Below, piece after piece: positions 48,378 through 56,169 of a stretch of DNA of 64,000 bases. Below the pieces are notes generated by a model that was not told the origin of the DNA, did not search any database, and saw only the letters and a list, made by a program, of their open reading frames with translations. Each line of letters starts with the position of its first letter. The stretch's first letter is position 1. The DNA is taken from the IMG/VR virus record IMGVR_UViG_3300035698_018317, positions 124,001 to 188,000 of that record; one strand, written 5' to 3'. The position numbers and the translations under genes were made by a program.

Positions 48378-48450
48378 GCTGCGGTAGCTCAGTTGGTAGA
48401 GCACTAGACTGAAAATCTAGGTGTCGCTGGTTCGATTCCAGTCCGTAGCA
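48378..48450 (+). tRNA. trnF: tRNA-Phe(GAA), canonical
   Basis: AGCTCAGTTGGTAGAGC D-arm; CTAGA-CT GAA AA-TCTAG. Confidence 0.95.
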
Positions 48451-48452
48451 TT

Positions 48453-48600
48453 GGATATTCACATGGCGGAATATATTGTTTCATTGACCCTTGTTCTTTA
48501 TAGAAATGCAAATGGAACTACAAGGCACACGCAGCTTTCTTCGGGAAGTGTGACCTCCCAGCCGAGGTCTTGTCCGTTCAATTCGGACTGTGAATATCCT
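48453..48600 (+). ncRNA. 148-nt tRNA-like structured RNA
   Basis: 11-bp terminal helix GGATATTCACA/TGTGAATATCC next to T-arm GTCCG-TTCAATT-CGGAC; three further hairpins. Confidence 0.7.
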
Positions 48601-48604
48601 AAAC

Positions 48605-48686
48605 GGCAGTATTGAGCAATTGGCTGCTCCCCAGATTGTAAATCTGGCGTCGAAAGGCATTGAAGGTTCGAGTCCTTCTGCTGCCA
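48605..48686 (+). tRNA. trnY: tRNA-Tyr(GTA) copy 1
   Basis: CCAGA-TT GTA AA-TCTGG; long variable arm. Confidence 0.93.
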
Positions 48687-48689
48687 GTT

Positions 48690-48920
48690 ATGAGTAAGAA
48701 AGATGAAAATAAGCGTAGAGAATACCAAATGCAGAATTATTCCGTGTATTATTTTCCTATAACAGGAGAAGTAATGTGTTGCCCAAAAAAAAGAAGTGTA
48801 TTTGGCGAGTTGCACGACCACCACTATTACATAAATTATTGTACTGATTGTGGGCAGCGAGTAAAACTTTTTGTTGCTAAAAGAAAACGTGTAGTTTGTG
48901 AACGTTGTAAAAAAGATTAG
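48690..48920 (+). CDS. Small Zn-ribbon protein inside the tRNA cluster
   Basis: ATG 48690; CTDC and CERC pairs. Confidence 0.6.
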   Translation: MSKKDENKRREYQMQNYSVYYFPITGEVMCCPKKRSVFGELHDHHYYINYCTDCGQRVKLFVAKRKRVVCERCKKD

Positions 48921-48928
48921 TCTATTTC

Positions 48929-49010
48929 GGCAGTATTGAGCAATTGGCCGCTCAGCGGACTGTAAATCCGCCGCCTTCGGGCATTGAAGGTTCGAGTCCT
49001 TCTGCTGCCA
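48929..49010 (+). tRNA. trnY: tRNA-Tyr(GTA) copy 2
   Basis: GCGGA-CT GTA AA-TCCGC. Confidence 0.95.
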
Positions 49011-49016
49011 TTATTA

Positions 49017-49122
49017 GCCCCCGTGACGGAATTGGCAGACGTGCGAGTTTTAAGGGTTTAAGAACCCACTAAAAGAAACTCGTGTCCATACGGGCGTACA
49101 GGTTCGAGTCCTGTCGGGGGCA
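49017..49122 (+). tRNA. trnL: tRNA-Leu body with 22-nt insertion in the anticodon loop
   Basis: Leu-type D-arm and A73; 29-nt loop at 49049-49077 between CGAGT/ACTCG. Confidence 0.8.
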
Positions 49123-49344
49123 TTAAGATTCAAATTCTTTTTGAATCATCTCCATTACTTTGTTAAAATCTTTTTCACTAGTTGTTTTGGTTTGAACGTA
49201 TTCGGCAGCTTTATCTATAGTGAGACCGCCTGTGCGAATGCTATTTACCATCTTACTAGCTAATTTATTTAAATTTAATTCACCATAACCCCCAACAAGT
49301 GGTGGCATTAATCTTGATTCTAACCATGTGTTAAAAGTTTTCAT
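49123..49344 (-). CDS. Small putative head-internal protein (MKTFNTWLE), antisense within the tRNA cluster
   Basis: Start corrected to 49344; TAGATACA motif upstream. Confidence 0.65.
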   Translation of the reverse strand: MKTFNTWLESRLMPPLVGGYGELNLNKLASKMVNSIRTGGLTIDKAAEYVQTKTTSEKDFNKVMEMIQKEFES

Positions 49345-49357
49345 AATGTATCTATTC

Positions 49358-49442
49358 GCCCTAGTGACGGAATTGGCAGACGTGCTGGCCTTAAAAGCCG
49401 GTGTCAATATATGGCGTGCAGGTTCGAGTCCTGTCTAGGGTA
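49358..49442 (+). tRNA. trnL: tRNA-Leu(TAA)
   Basis: CTGGC-CT TAA AA-GCCGG. Confidence 0.92.
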
Positions 49443-49448
49443 TTTTCT

Positions 49449-49517
49449 GGGGACGTGGTGTGCAGAATGAAGTTAGGACTACACAAGGCTTATAGGTTCG
49501 AGTCCTATCACGGAACA
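49449..49517 (+). pseudogene. Degenerate tRNA remnant
   Basis: Intact T-arm ATAGG-TTCGAGT-CCTAT and 4-bp CGTG/CACG; no recognisable anticodon arm. Confidence 0.45.
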
Positions 49518-49522
49518 TCTCT

Positions 49523-49610
49523 GGAAAGCAGCCGAATATTGGTTTGTCGGGCTAGTTTTGAAAACTAGTTGGCCTCCGGGTCATAAGGGTTCGATTCCTC
49601 TTGCTTTCCT
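49523..49610 (+). tRNA. trnS: tRNA-Ser(TGA)
   Basis: CTAGT-TT TGA AA-ACTAG. Confidence 0.93.
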
Positions 49611-49613
49611 TTT

Positions 49614-49702
49614 GGATGGGAGCCGAATATTGGTTTGTCGGGCTAGTTTGGAAAACTAGTTGGCCTGAAAGGGTCATTAGGGTCCAATTCCCTACTCATC
49701 CG
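49614..49702 (+). tRNA. trnS: tRNA-Ser(GGA)
   Basis: CTAGT-TT GGA AA-ACTAG; T-loop variant TCCAATT. Confidence 0.88.
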
Positions 49703-49760
49703 TTCGAATAAAAATATAAAAATTATTCGAACCTTTACTATTATATAGTGGAGGTAAAAA

Positions 49761-50321
49761 ATGAAAGAAAATATTCTTAGATTAAGAAAAGAAGGAAAAT
49801 CATATGGAGAAATACAAAAAGAGCTAGGTTGTTCTAAAAGCACAATCTCATATCACTGTGGAGAAGGGCAGAGGGAAAAACAGGTTGAGAGGCAAAGGCA
49901 ATTCAGAAAAAACAATGTAATTACTAGAAGAATTGGTTCGTTTACACAAAACAGACCTAAAAAAAAGAACAAACAACCTAAATTTGAAAGAAGCGTAACT
50001 CAAAAAACACAAGAAAAAAGTTATGATTTCCAACGCAAACAAAAATGTTCTAAATTTAATTTCAAAGATGTATTAGAGCATTATGGAGAACAAACAACAT
50101 GTTACTTATCTGGAAGACTTATTGATTTATCAGAACCTAGAACTTATCATTTTGACCATATAATTCCGGTTTCAAAAGGAGGAGATTGTAGTTTTGAAAA
50201 CTTAGGAATTGTTCGTAAAGAAGCAAATAGGGCTAAAAGTGACCTATTAGTAGAAGAATTTATTGAGCTTTGTAAAGACATTCTCGAATACAATGGTTAT
50301 ACAGTAATTAAAAACGATTAA
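49761..50321 (+). CDS. HTH plus HNH homing endonuclease
   Basis: SYGEIQKELGCSKSTISYH; HFDHIIPVSKGG...N...N. Confidence 0.88.
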   Translation: MKENILRLRKEGKSYGEIQKELGCSKSTISYHCGEGQREKQVERQRQFRKNNVITRRIGSFTQNRPKKKNKQPKFERSVTQKTQEKSYDFQRKQKCSKFNFKDVLEHYGEQTTCYLSGRLIDLSEPRTYHFDHIIPVSKGGDCSFENLGIVRKEANRAKSDLLVEEFIELCKDILEYNGYTVIKND

Positions 50322-50349
50322 TTATCAAACTAAAACAATATATAATGTT

Positions 50350-51336
50350 ATGGGTGCTCAAACTACAGAGGGAACAGGATTTGGTTCTGCTGAAGGTCCA
50401 ATTAGAGGACTAGGCGATGTAACCAAGATTCTAAAAAAGAATGCTGATGGGTCAGCATTCTCAAGTGAAGATAGCGTCATTAGAGAAACTAGTGGCGGTG
50501 ATGCTGTAGATATACCTATAGACCCAATAGATGGCTTAGATGCTGAAAATGTTCAAGAAGCTTTAGAAGAACTCCAAGAAGAAGTTGAGGCTGGTGGGAT
50601 TCCACCATTAGCGGAAAACATCACTGTTATACCAGTTGGAGATTTAACATCAACAAATGTACAAGATGCGTTAGAAGAACATCAGGATGACATAGATAAT
50701 ATCGAATCAGATGTTGCTATAAATGCATTTGATATTTTTACTAATGCCACAAATATTGATGGAAAAATAGATAAGATTTCTGCTCCGGTTACTGGGAATT
50801 TCCCATTAATTACGGCGACTGGTGAGGTGTCTAATTCTACGGTGGGTCCAGATGATTATTATACTCAGGGAGAAATAGACGCTTTAGAATACAGTCACTC
50901 TAGCTTATTAGACCTTCAAGGTGGAAGTGCTTCAGAAAGATACCATTTAACAAATGCACAACATACCAATTTAACTGATGGCGACCCCACATTTGATACG
51001 ATTGTTTTAAATGATATTATCCTTAATGACAGCCAAGCCACAACAAAAGAATATGTAGATTCTATAGTAGCTGGTTCTGGTGCTTGGTTAGACCCTGTAA
51101 TTGACTTCAGTACAGAAGCAGCAGCCACAGAAACTACTGGCTTTCGCTATATTGCCTCTGCGGATGGTTCGACTTGGACAAAAGATAATATTTATGAATA
51201 TAATGGTGCATCGTGGGATGAAACAGTAATAGCTTCAGGAAATACTACTTTTGTAGAAGATTTAGGATTAGTCTACTTATTCACTGGAACTAGTTGGGTT
51301 GATACTGGTGGAGTGTTCCAAATCATAATGACTTAG
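50350..51336 (+). CDS. Fibre-like virion protein, 5' part (frameshifted at about 51303-51336)
   Basis: AENVQEALEEL/STNVQDALEEH repeats; ATTKEYVD; continues in the -1 frame. Confidence 0.75.
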   Translation: MGAQTTEGTGFGSAEGPIRGLGDVTKILKKNADGSAFSSEDSVIRETSGGDAVDIPIDPIDGLDAENVQEALEELQEEVEAGGIPPLAENITVIPVGDLTSTNVQDALEEHQDDIDNIESDVAINAFDIFTNATNIDGKIDKISAPVTGNFPLITATGEVSNSTVGPDDYYTQGEIDALEYSHSSLLDLQGGSASERYHLTNAQHTNLTDGDPTFDTIVLNDIILNDSQATTKEYVDSIVAGSGAWLDPVIDFSTEAAATETTGFRYIASADGSTWTKDNIYEYNGASWDETVIASGNTTFVEDLGLVYLFTGTSWVDTGGVFQIIMT

Positions 51337-53795
51337 ATGGTCTTCAAGGAGGTTCTGGAGACGATACAGAACAGTATCACTTAACACAAGCAGCACATGA
51401 CATAGCAGAAACATTCAATGTAAGTACTCCATCTAATTTTGATAAATTAGTATACGATAGCGGGTCAAGCGAATGGGTGAATGATAATCCAGACGAAATT
51501 TATCATAAATCTTCTGATGAAATATTGACAGAAACTCATGGTATTTTCTTTGTAAATGCCTCTGGAGGGGATGTCACACTGACTATAGCTGACAGTGCTC
51601 TAAATAATAACAATTCTGGAATAATGAGATTTTATAAGTCATCGAATGATGAATTTGAAGTCATTATTGTAACTTCTGGTGGGCAAAACATTGGCACTGA
51701 TACATCCCAAACCATTTGGAAAATTGATGAAGGATTTTCTTGCATTAGTGATTATAATGGAGGTGTAAATTCTGGATGGAGGATTGTTCAAGATAGCAGA
51801 ACATTCACAGGTCAAGTTTCTAAAATTTTCCAAGTAGCTACTCAAGGAGCCGAATACACATCTGTAGTCGATGCTATTGCTGATATTAACCTTATTGGGG
51901 ATGCATCTGCTACTATTAAGTATGTTATTGATGTGGCACCCGGAATCTATACAGAAGACCCATTTGTTGTGCCTGATTATGTTTCTATAATGGGTAAAAA
52001 CGATGAAGCTACATTTATAAAAACAAATGATAATACTGTAACGTTTATTGAATTAGGTCATAATTCTGTTCTTTACAACCTTAGAGTAGATGGTGACTCA
52101 CCTGTTACAAATGCGGTAGTTAGCGTATATTGTACTGATGAATCTGAATTGGTTAGAGTTGTTTTTCAAAACTCAGGAACATGTGTAAAAACAGTAAGTG
52201 GATTTACAACTGTTGAGTCTTGTAAGTTTAAGGATAGTTGTAATATAGGAATTGAGGTCACTGGTGGTATTGTAGGGTCAACGAGCCTATTTTCAGAAGT
52301 TTCAGATATATTCCTCTATGCAAATGGCGGCCTTCTTGTTGCCAACAACATGTTTAGTTCCAATGCCACAACCCATTTATACGCAAATAATGGTGGAACT
52401 TTACAACCAAATTTAATTAATTGTGAATTTGGAACAAATGTGTTGAGAACTGGAACAACTGGTGTAAACACAATTACAGGCTCTAATATTCATGGCGAAA
52501 GCTCTCAAACATGGCATGTTTTGCAAGAAGCCGCATCTGGAGAGATGCATCTAACTGCAAATTTATTGTTAGCGACGAAAATTTCTATGGTAAGTCCTGA
52601 AAATATCACTATTGATTTCAATAGTGAGTTAGAAGGAGATGAAGGCCATGTGTTTTATGAAGAGCTTCAAGTAGGGGCACCAGAAAAAGGCAGAGAATCT
52701 GTATTTGGTGAGGGAGATAGTTACACTCGTGGAATGTTGGTATATACCGAAACGGCAGGCGGTGTATTTGTCGATGAATCTGAAGCCGCAGCGAGTGCTT
52801 CTGGCTCAACTTTTGAATTCACGGGTGTTGCTGCCGACAACGCAATCTATGTTTCTTCAGATTTGCAAGACGTAACAGACTACAAACAATTTTTAGGAAT
52901 TAAAGCTAGTATTATTGTTGCAGCAACAGGAACGGGAGAAATAGTAACCGAATATTGGGATGGTTCAAGTTGGACGGAATTTAATAATATGTCAGCGGAA
53001 GCTGATGTCCCTTACACTCAACATGCAAATAACATATTTGAGCGTACAGGTTCAGAGCAAATTAGATTTCAAGATATATCTTTATCTTCGGCAACATGGA
53101 CAAAAAATGACCCATTAACACTTGGCGACCCCAATCAGGGAACTAATAGATTTTGGGTTAGGTTCAGAATAGATTCACTGCTAATTACAGCTCCAATATT
53201 TCAGCAATTCAAAGTCCATAGCAATAGAACCGAAATTAATGCTGATGGATTTGTTGAATATATGGGAGGGGCAAGAAAAAGAATCAGCATTGAAGGAATT
53301 AATTTAGGAAACACATTTGAAATTGATGGGTTTGCTCCTAAAGACAATACTGTTGATTTCGGTCCCACAATCAATCTTAAAGTTAAGAAAAATAAATTTG
53401 AAGATACCAAACTAGACGGTTTTGGACAAGCGATTGCAGTGCCAGATGGTTTGGATACTTCTATGCCATTAAGATATGTAGTTCGATGGTCGCTAAATTC
53501 CGATGAACCGTCTGGTGATGTTGCATTGGATTTTGTATACGGACAAGCACAAGTAGGCACGATATTAGATGGCACTAATACAGAAGTTATAATCACCGAC
53601 ATTACCACTACTGTAGCAAATACAGCCGATGAAATTTATGAGACTGTATACTCATTCTCTATCACAAGCTCGCTGCCTGAAGACGGATTATTTATAGTTC
53701 TTAAAAGAGATGCAGATGGAGGTGCTACTGGAGATACTTATGGTGGTGATGTATATATTGTAAATACTGAGTTGCTTGGGTATTTTTGGCATTAA
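51303..53795 (+). CDS. Fibre-like virion protein, 3' part (open frame starts 51303; ORF track start 51477)
   Basis: VPNHNDLDGLQGG...YHLT, then pectin-lyase-like beta-helix (YTSVVDAI...IDVAPGIYTE). Confidence 0.75.
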   Translation, partial: YWWSVPNHNDLDGLQGGSGDDTEQYHLTQAAHDIAETFNVSTPSNFDKLVYDSGSSEWVNDNPDEIYHKSSDEILTETHGIFFVNASGGDVTLTIADSALNNNNSGIMRFYKSSNDEFEVIIVTSGGQNIGTDTSQTIWKIDEGFSCISDYNGGVNSGWRIVQDSRTFTGQVSKIFQVATQGAEYTSVVDAIADINLIGDASATIKYVIDVAPGIYTEDPFVVPDYVSIMGKNDEATFIKTNDNTVTFIELGHNSVLYNLRVDGDSPVTNAVVSVYCTDESELVRVVFQNSGTCVKTVSGFTTVESCKFKDSCNIGIEVTGGIVGSTSLFSEVSDIFLYANGGLLVANNMFSSNATTHLYANNGGTLQPNLINCEFGTNVLRTGTTGVNTITGSNIHGESSQTWHVLQEAASGEMHLTANLLLATKISMVSPENITIDFNSELEGDEGHVFYEELQVGAPEKGRESVFGEGDSYTRGMLVYTETAGGVFVDESEAAASASGSTFEFTGVAADNAIYVSSDLQDVTDYKQFLGIKASIIVAATGTGEIVTEYWDGSSWTEFNNMSAEADVPYTQHANNIFERTGSEQIRFQDISLSSATWTKNDPLTLGDPNQGTNRFWVRFRIDSLLITAPIFQQFKVHSNRTEINADGFVEYMGGARKRISIEGINLGNTFEIDGFAPKDNTVDFGPTINLKVKKNKFEDTKLDGFGQAIAVPDGLDTSMPLRYVVRWSLNSDEPSGDVALDFVYGQAQVGTILDGTNTEVIITDITTTVANTADEIYETVYSFSITSSLPEDGLFIVLKRDADGGATGDTYGGDVYIVNTELLGYFWH

Positions 53796-53818
53796 AATTA
53801 TTTTACTATATTAAATAC

Positions 53819-54364
53819 ATGAAATACAAGTGTTCAATATATAAAGAAGAGCCGGAACACTGCCGAGATTACCCATGGAACGAGGCAAATGACCTTTTTC
53901 CTAGTTGTATTTTCTACAATGCAGAAACAGACACAATAATTACAGAAGAAACAGTCTTGGAAACAAAAACAAAAGAAGAGCTTCAAGAATACTGCATTAG
54001 TTGTGGAAAATGTTGTTTTTATTGGGAAGATGGTAAACCAGTAATTCCTTGTTCGGCATTAGAAATCACAGAAGATGTAATAAGTGAGGAAGTGATAAGA
54101 GCCGAAATAAAGTCACAAAACTTGTCAGATGGGTCATTTATACAATGGAAATATGCAGATACAAAAATGTTAGTCGGTTATTTTGATGGCTTGCATTCTT
54201 TTCGTGCGACGTTTAACCCAGCCACTTTAGAGTGGGATGCGATGCGACGAATTACGGCTGACTTTGCAAAAATGAGTGGACATAAGATTCTTGCAGAAGC
54301 GATGGTTGCATGTGAGGTTGAAGCTTATCATAGGCAAAAAAGACGCTGTTTTATAATGAGCTAG
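53819..54364 (+). CDS. CxxCxxCC (YkgJ-like) Cys-cluster protein with permuted motif order
   Basis: CSIY..EP.HCRDYP precedes CISCGKCC; ACTATATT before ATG 53819. Confidence 0.6.
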   Translation: MKYKCSIYKEEPEHCRDYPWNEANDLFPSCIFYNAETDTIITEETVLETKTKEELQEYCISCGKCCFYWEDGKPVIPCSALEITEDVISEEVIRAEIKSQNLSDGSFIQWKYADTKMLVGYFDGLHSFRATFNPATLEWDAMRRITADFAKMSGHKILAEAMVACEVEAYHRQKRRCFIMS

Positions 54365-54908
54365 TTATCTCATCGACCATATGGCCTAGTTTTTCAACTG
54401 ACATTTTAAGTGATTCATTTCGGAAAGCATTTGTCATGTTTGGGAAATCTTGGACACTTTCTTCCATGGCAAGTGTCAACATAATTACAGCATCATAAGT
54501 GGCAATCGCAATGCTTCGAATTGGCTCTTCTTTTGTTTCTATGTTAGATTTTTTTTGTATTGCCGTGTCTCTTAGCTTCTTGGATGTCTGCCTGATACTT
54601 TCAACAGATTTTTCTTTATAAGGATGGTTTTCCCAAACTCGTGTTGTGTATAGTTCTTTAGAGTATTCTCGGATTACCTTTCGAATAATACCCATCTCTT
54701 CAGATATGTGCCCTAATTCGTATCGCAAACCATTATCACCTAATGCTTTTCCAAGAGACCCTAAAATACAATGAGCAGCTTCAGCAAAACTCTGAGCACC
54801 TATTTCGTATTCTGTATTTGACTCATAACCACCTGCGTCGGGTAAGCCGCCATATGCTTGCGTGGCGATAGGACATGCTTCTTGAATTAACCAATTTTTG
54901 AAGTTCAT
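54351..54908 (-). CDS. Putative head-internal protein (MNFKNWLIQE)
   Basis: Start corrected to 54908. Confidence 0.7.
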   Translation of the reverse strand: MNFKNWLIQEACPIATQAYGGLPDAGGYESNTEYEIGAQSFAEAAHCILGSLGKALGDNGLRYELGHISEEMGIIRKVIREYSKELYTTRVWENHPYKEKSVESIRQTSKKLRDTAIQKKSNIETKEEPIRSIAIATYDAVIMLTLAMEESVQDFPNMTNAFRNESLKMSVEKLGHMVDEITSSL

Positions 54909-54941
54909 AAAATTATATATACAGTTTGTGCTCAAAAACAA

Positions 54942-54965
54942 GCGAGAGTGGTGGAATTGGCAGAC
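54942..54965 (+). pseudogene. 5' fragment of a Leu-type tRNA
   Basis: GCGAGAG TG GTGGAATTGGCAGAC then AT-rich DNA; no anticodon or T-arm. Confidence 0.6.
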
Positions 54966-55009
54966 AATATTTTATAAAAAAAATTACACCACGCTAACTA
55001 TTATATTAT

Positions 55010-55519
55010 ATGCCAATATGTAAAAAATGTAATAAAGAATTTCCAAGTAGGATAGGTAATAAAACTTATCATAAAAGAAGTTATTGTTTAAAATGTTCTC
55101 CTCCGGGTTCCGGTATGGGGTATGAAATAAGAAAGGCCACTAGAAAAAAAGAAAAAGTAAAAGGAAAAAAAGAATGCCCTATTTGCGGGAAATTTTCGAC
55201 TTGGACTAAAAATAATGTTTGTTCAACATGTCGGATGATGTGGCAGAGATGGAAAACAAAAAAAAGAGCGGTAGATATGAAAGGCGGCAAATGCTGCAAG
55301 TGTGGAGAAACAGATATGCGGGTTTTAACCTTCCACCATCTTAATGTGGAGGACAAAGAATATAATATTTCCAATTTCTACTCAAGAATTTGTTGGGAGA
55401 AAATAGTTTTAGAAATAGAAAAATGTGATTTAATGTGTTTTAATTGTCATGTGAGATTACATTCCGAAATCAATAGAGCCAAGTATTCTTGCATAGAACA
55501 ATACTATGCTATGACCTAA
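55010..55519 (+). CDS. HNH endonuclease with Zn ribbons
   Basis: CCKCG...LTFHHLN...EIEKCDLMCFNCH..LH. Confidence 0.85.
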   Translation: MPICKKCNKEFPSRIGNKTYHKRSYCLKCSPPGSGMGYEIRKATRKKEKVKGKKECPICGKFSTWTKNNVCSTCRMMWQRWKTKKRAVDMKGGKCCKCGETDMRVLTFHHLNVEDKEYNISNFYSRICWEKIVLEIEKCDLMCFNCHVRLHSEINRAKYSCIEQYYAMT

Positions 55520-55585
55520 TCTATCTTCACTTTCTCTCAGAAAAAGACTTTCATTTTTGGGTTTATGCCCTATAATGACAGTTCA

Positions 55586-55691
55586 GGCTGAATGACGGAA
55601 TTGGCAGACGTGCGAGCTTTTAGGGTTTGAAAACCCATTAAAAGGTGCTCGTGTCCTTCGGGGCGTGTGGGTTCGAATCCCTCTTTGGCCA
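55586..55691 (+). tRNA. trnL: Second tRNA-Leu body with 22-nt anticodon-loop insertion
   Basis: 29-nt loop at 55618-55646 between CGAGC/GCTCG. Confidence 0.8.
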
Positions 55692-55705
55692 GTAAGGAAA
55701 TTGTT

Positions 55706-56164
55706 ATGTGGCGTGAAGAATACGACGAATACGATGATGATGGCTATCCTTATTATTATCATGATGGCCTTGGTTGTCGTTGTTATAAATATGACAGACC
55801 TCCTTATAATAAAAATTATAACGTGCCGTCTCATATTCATATAATGAACAAGAATGAGGCGAAAGTAATGCGTCGTCTCAAAAATGAAACTGGTTTATCT
55901 GAAGAGGGTATTCGAAAGATTAAGAAATATCGAATTATGCTTTCTGAAGCTCAAAAAGAAGGGCAAAAAGCCAAACGGACAAGGGTGCAAAAAGCTAGAG
56001 ATGAAGTAATGAAATGCGTTTGTCGTAAGCTTAAATTAGCCAAAGAACATCCTGTTACACAGAAAGCATATCGTGAAGAATGGGAACGGCGGCGAAAGGA
56101 ATATGATAATCGTCCTTGTTGTAATAGTAGTATTTATCTAGAATCACCAAAGGATGATAGATAA
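55706..56164 (+). CDS. Hypothetical basic protein (start corrected to MWREE)
   Basis: AAGGA SD; track start lies inside the tRNA. Confidence 0.65.
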   Translation: MWREEYDEYDDDGYPYYYHDGLGCRCYKYDRPPYNKNYNVPSHIHIMNKNEAKVMRRLKNETGLSEEGIRKIKKYRIMLSEAQKEGQKAKRTRVQKARDEVMKCVCRKLKLAKEHPVTQKAYREEWERRRKEYDNRPCCNSSIYLESPKDDR

Positions 56165-56169
56165 AATCC

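Noticed and set aside
48453-48600. tmRNA, SRP, 6S, Y RNA or tRNA-Sec identity for the ncRNA
   Set aside because: Too short for tmRNA and no tag ORF; no SRP GGAA domain-IV motif; T-arm is at the 3' end unlike YrlA; no UCA anticodon
47990-48615. ORF-track proteins 47990..48232, 48136..48363, 48421..48615, also 49643..49843 and 55583..55840
   Set aside because: Overlap tRNA/ncRNA genes; spurious
51303-51336. Classical programmed frameshift in the fibre gene
   Set aside because: No X XXY YYZ heptamer in the only possible shift window; an indel is more likely
55586-55691. Ochre suppressor tRNA call
   Set aside because: Anticodon UUA arises only with a 37/38 splice; TAA is heavily used as a stop here and other splice points give Leu, so it is kept only as one possibility
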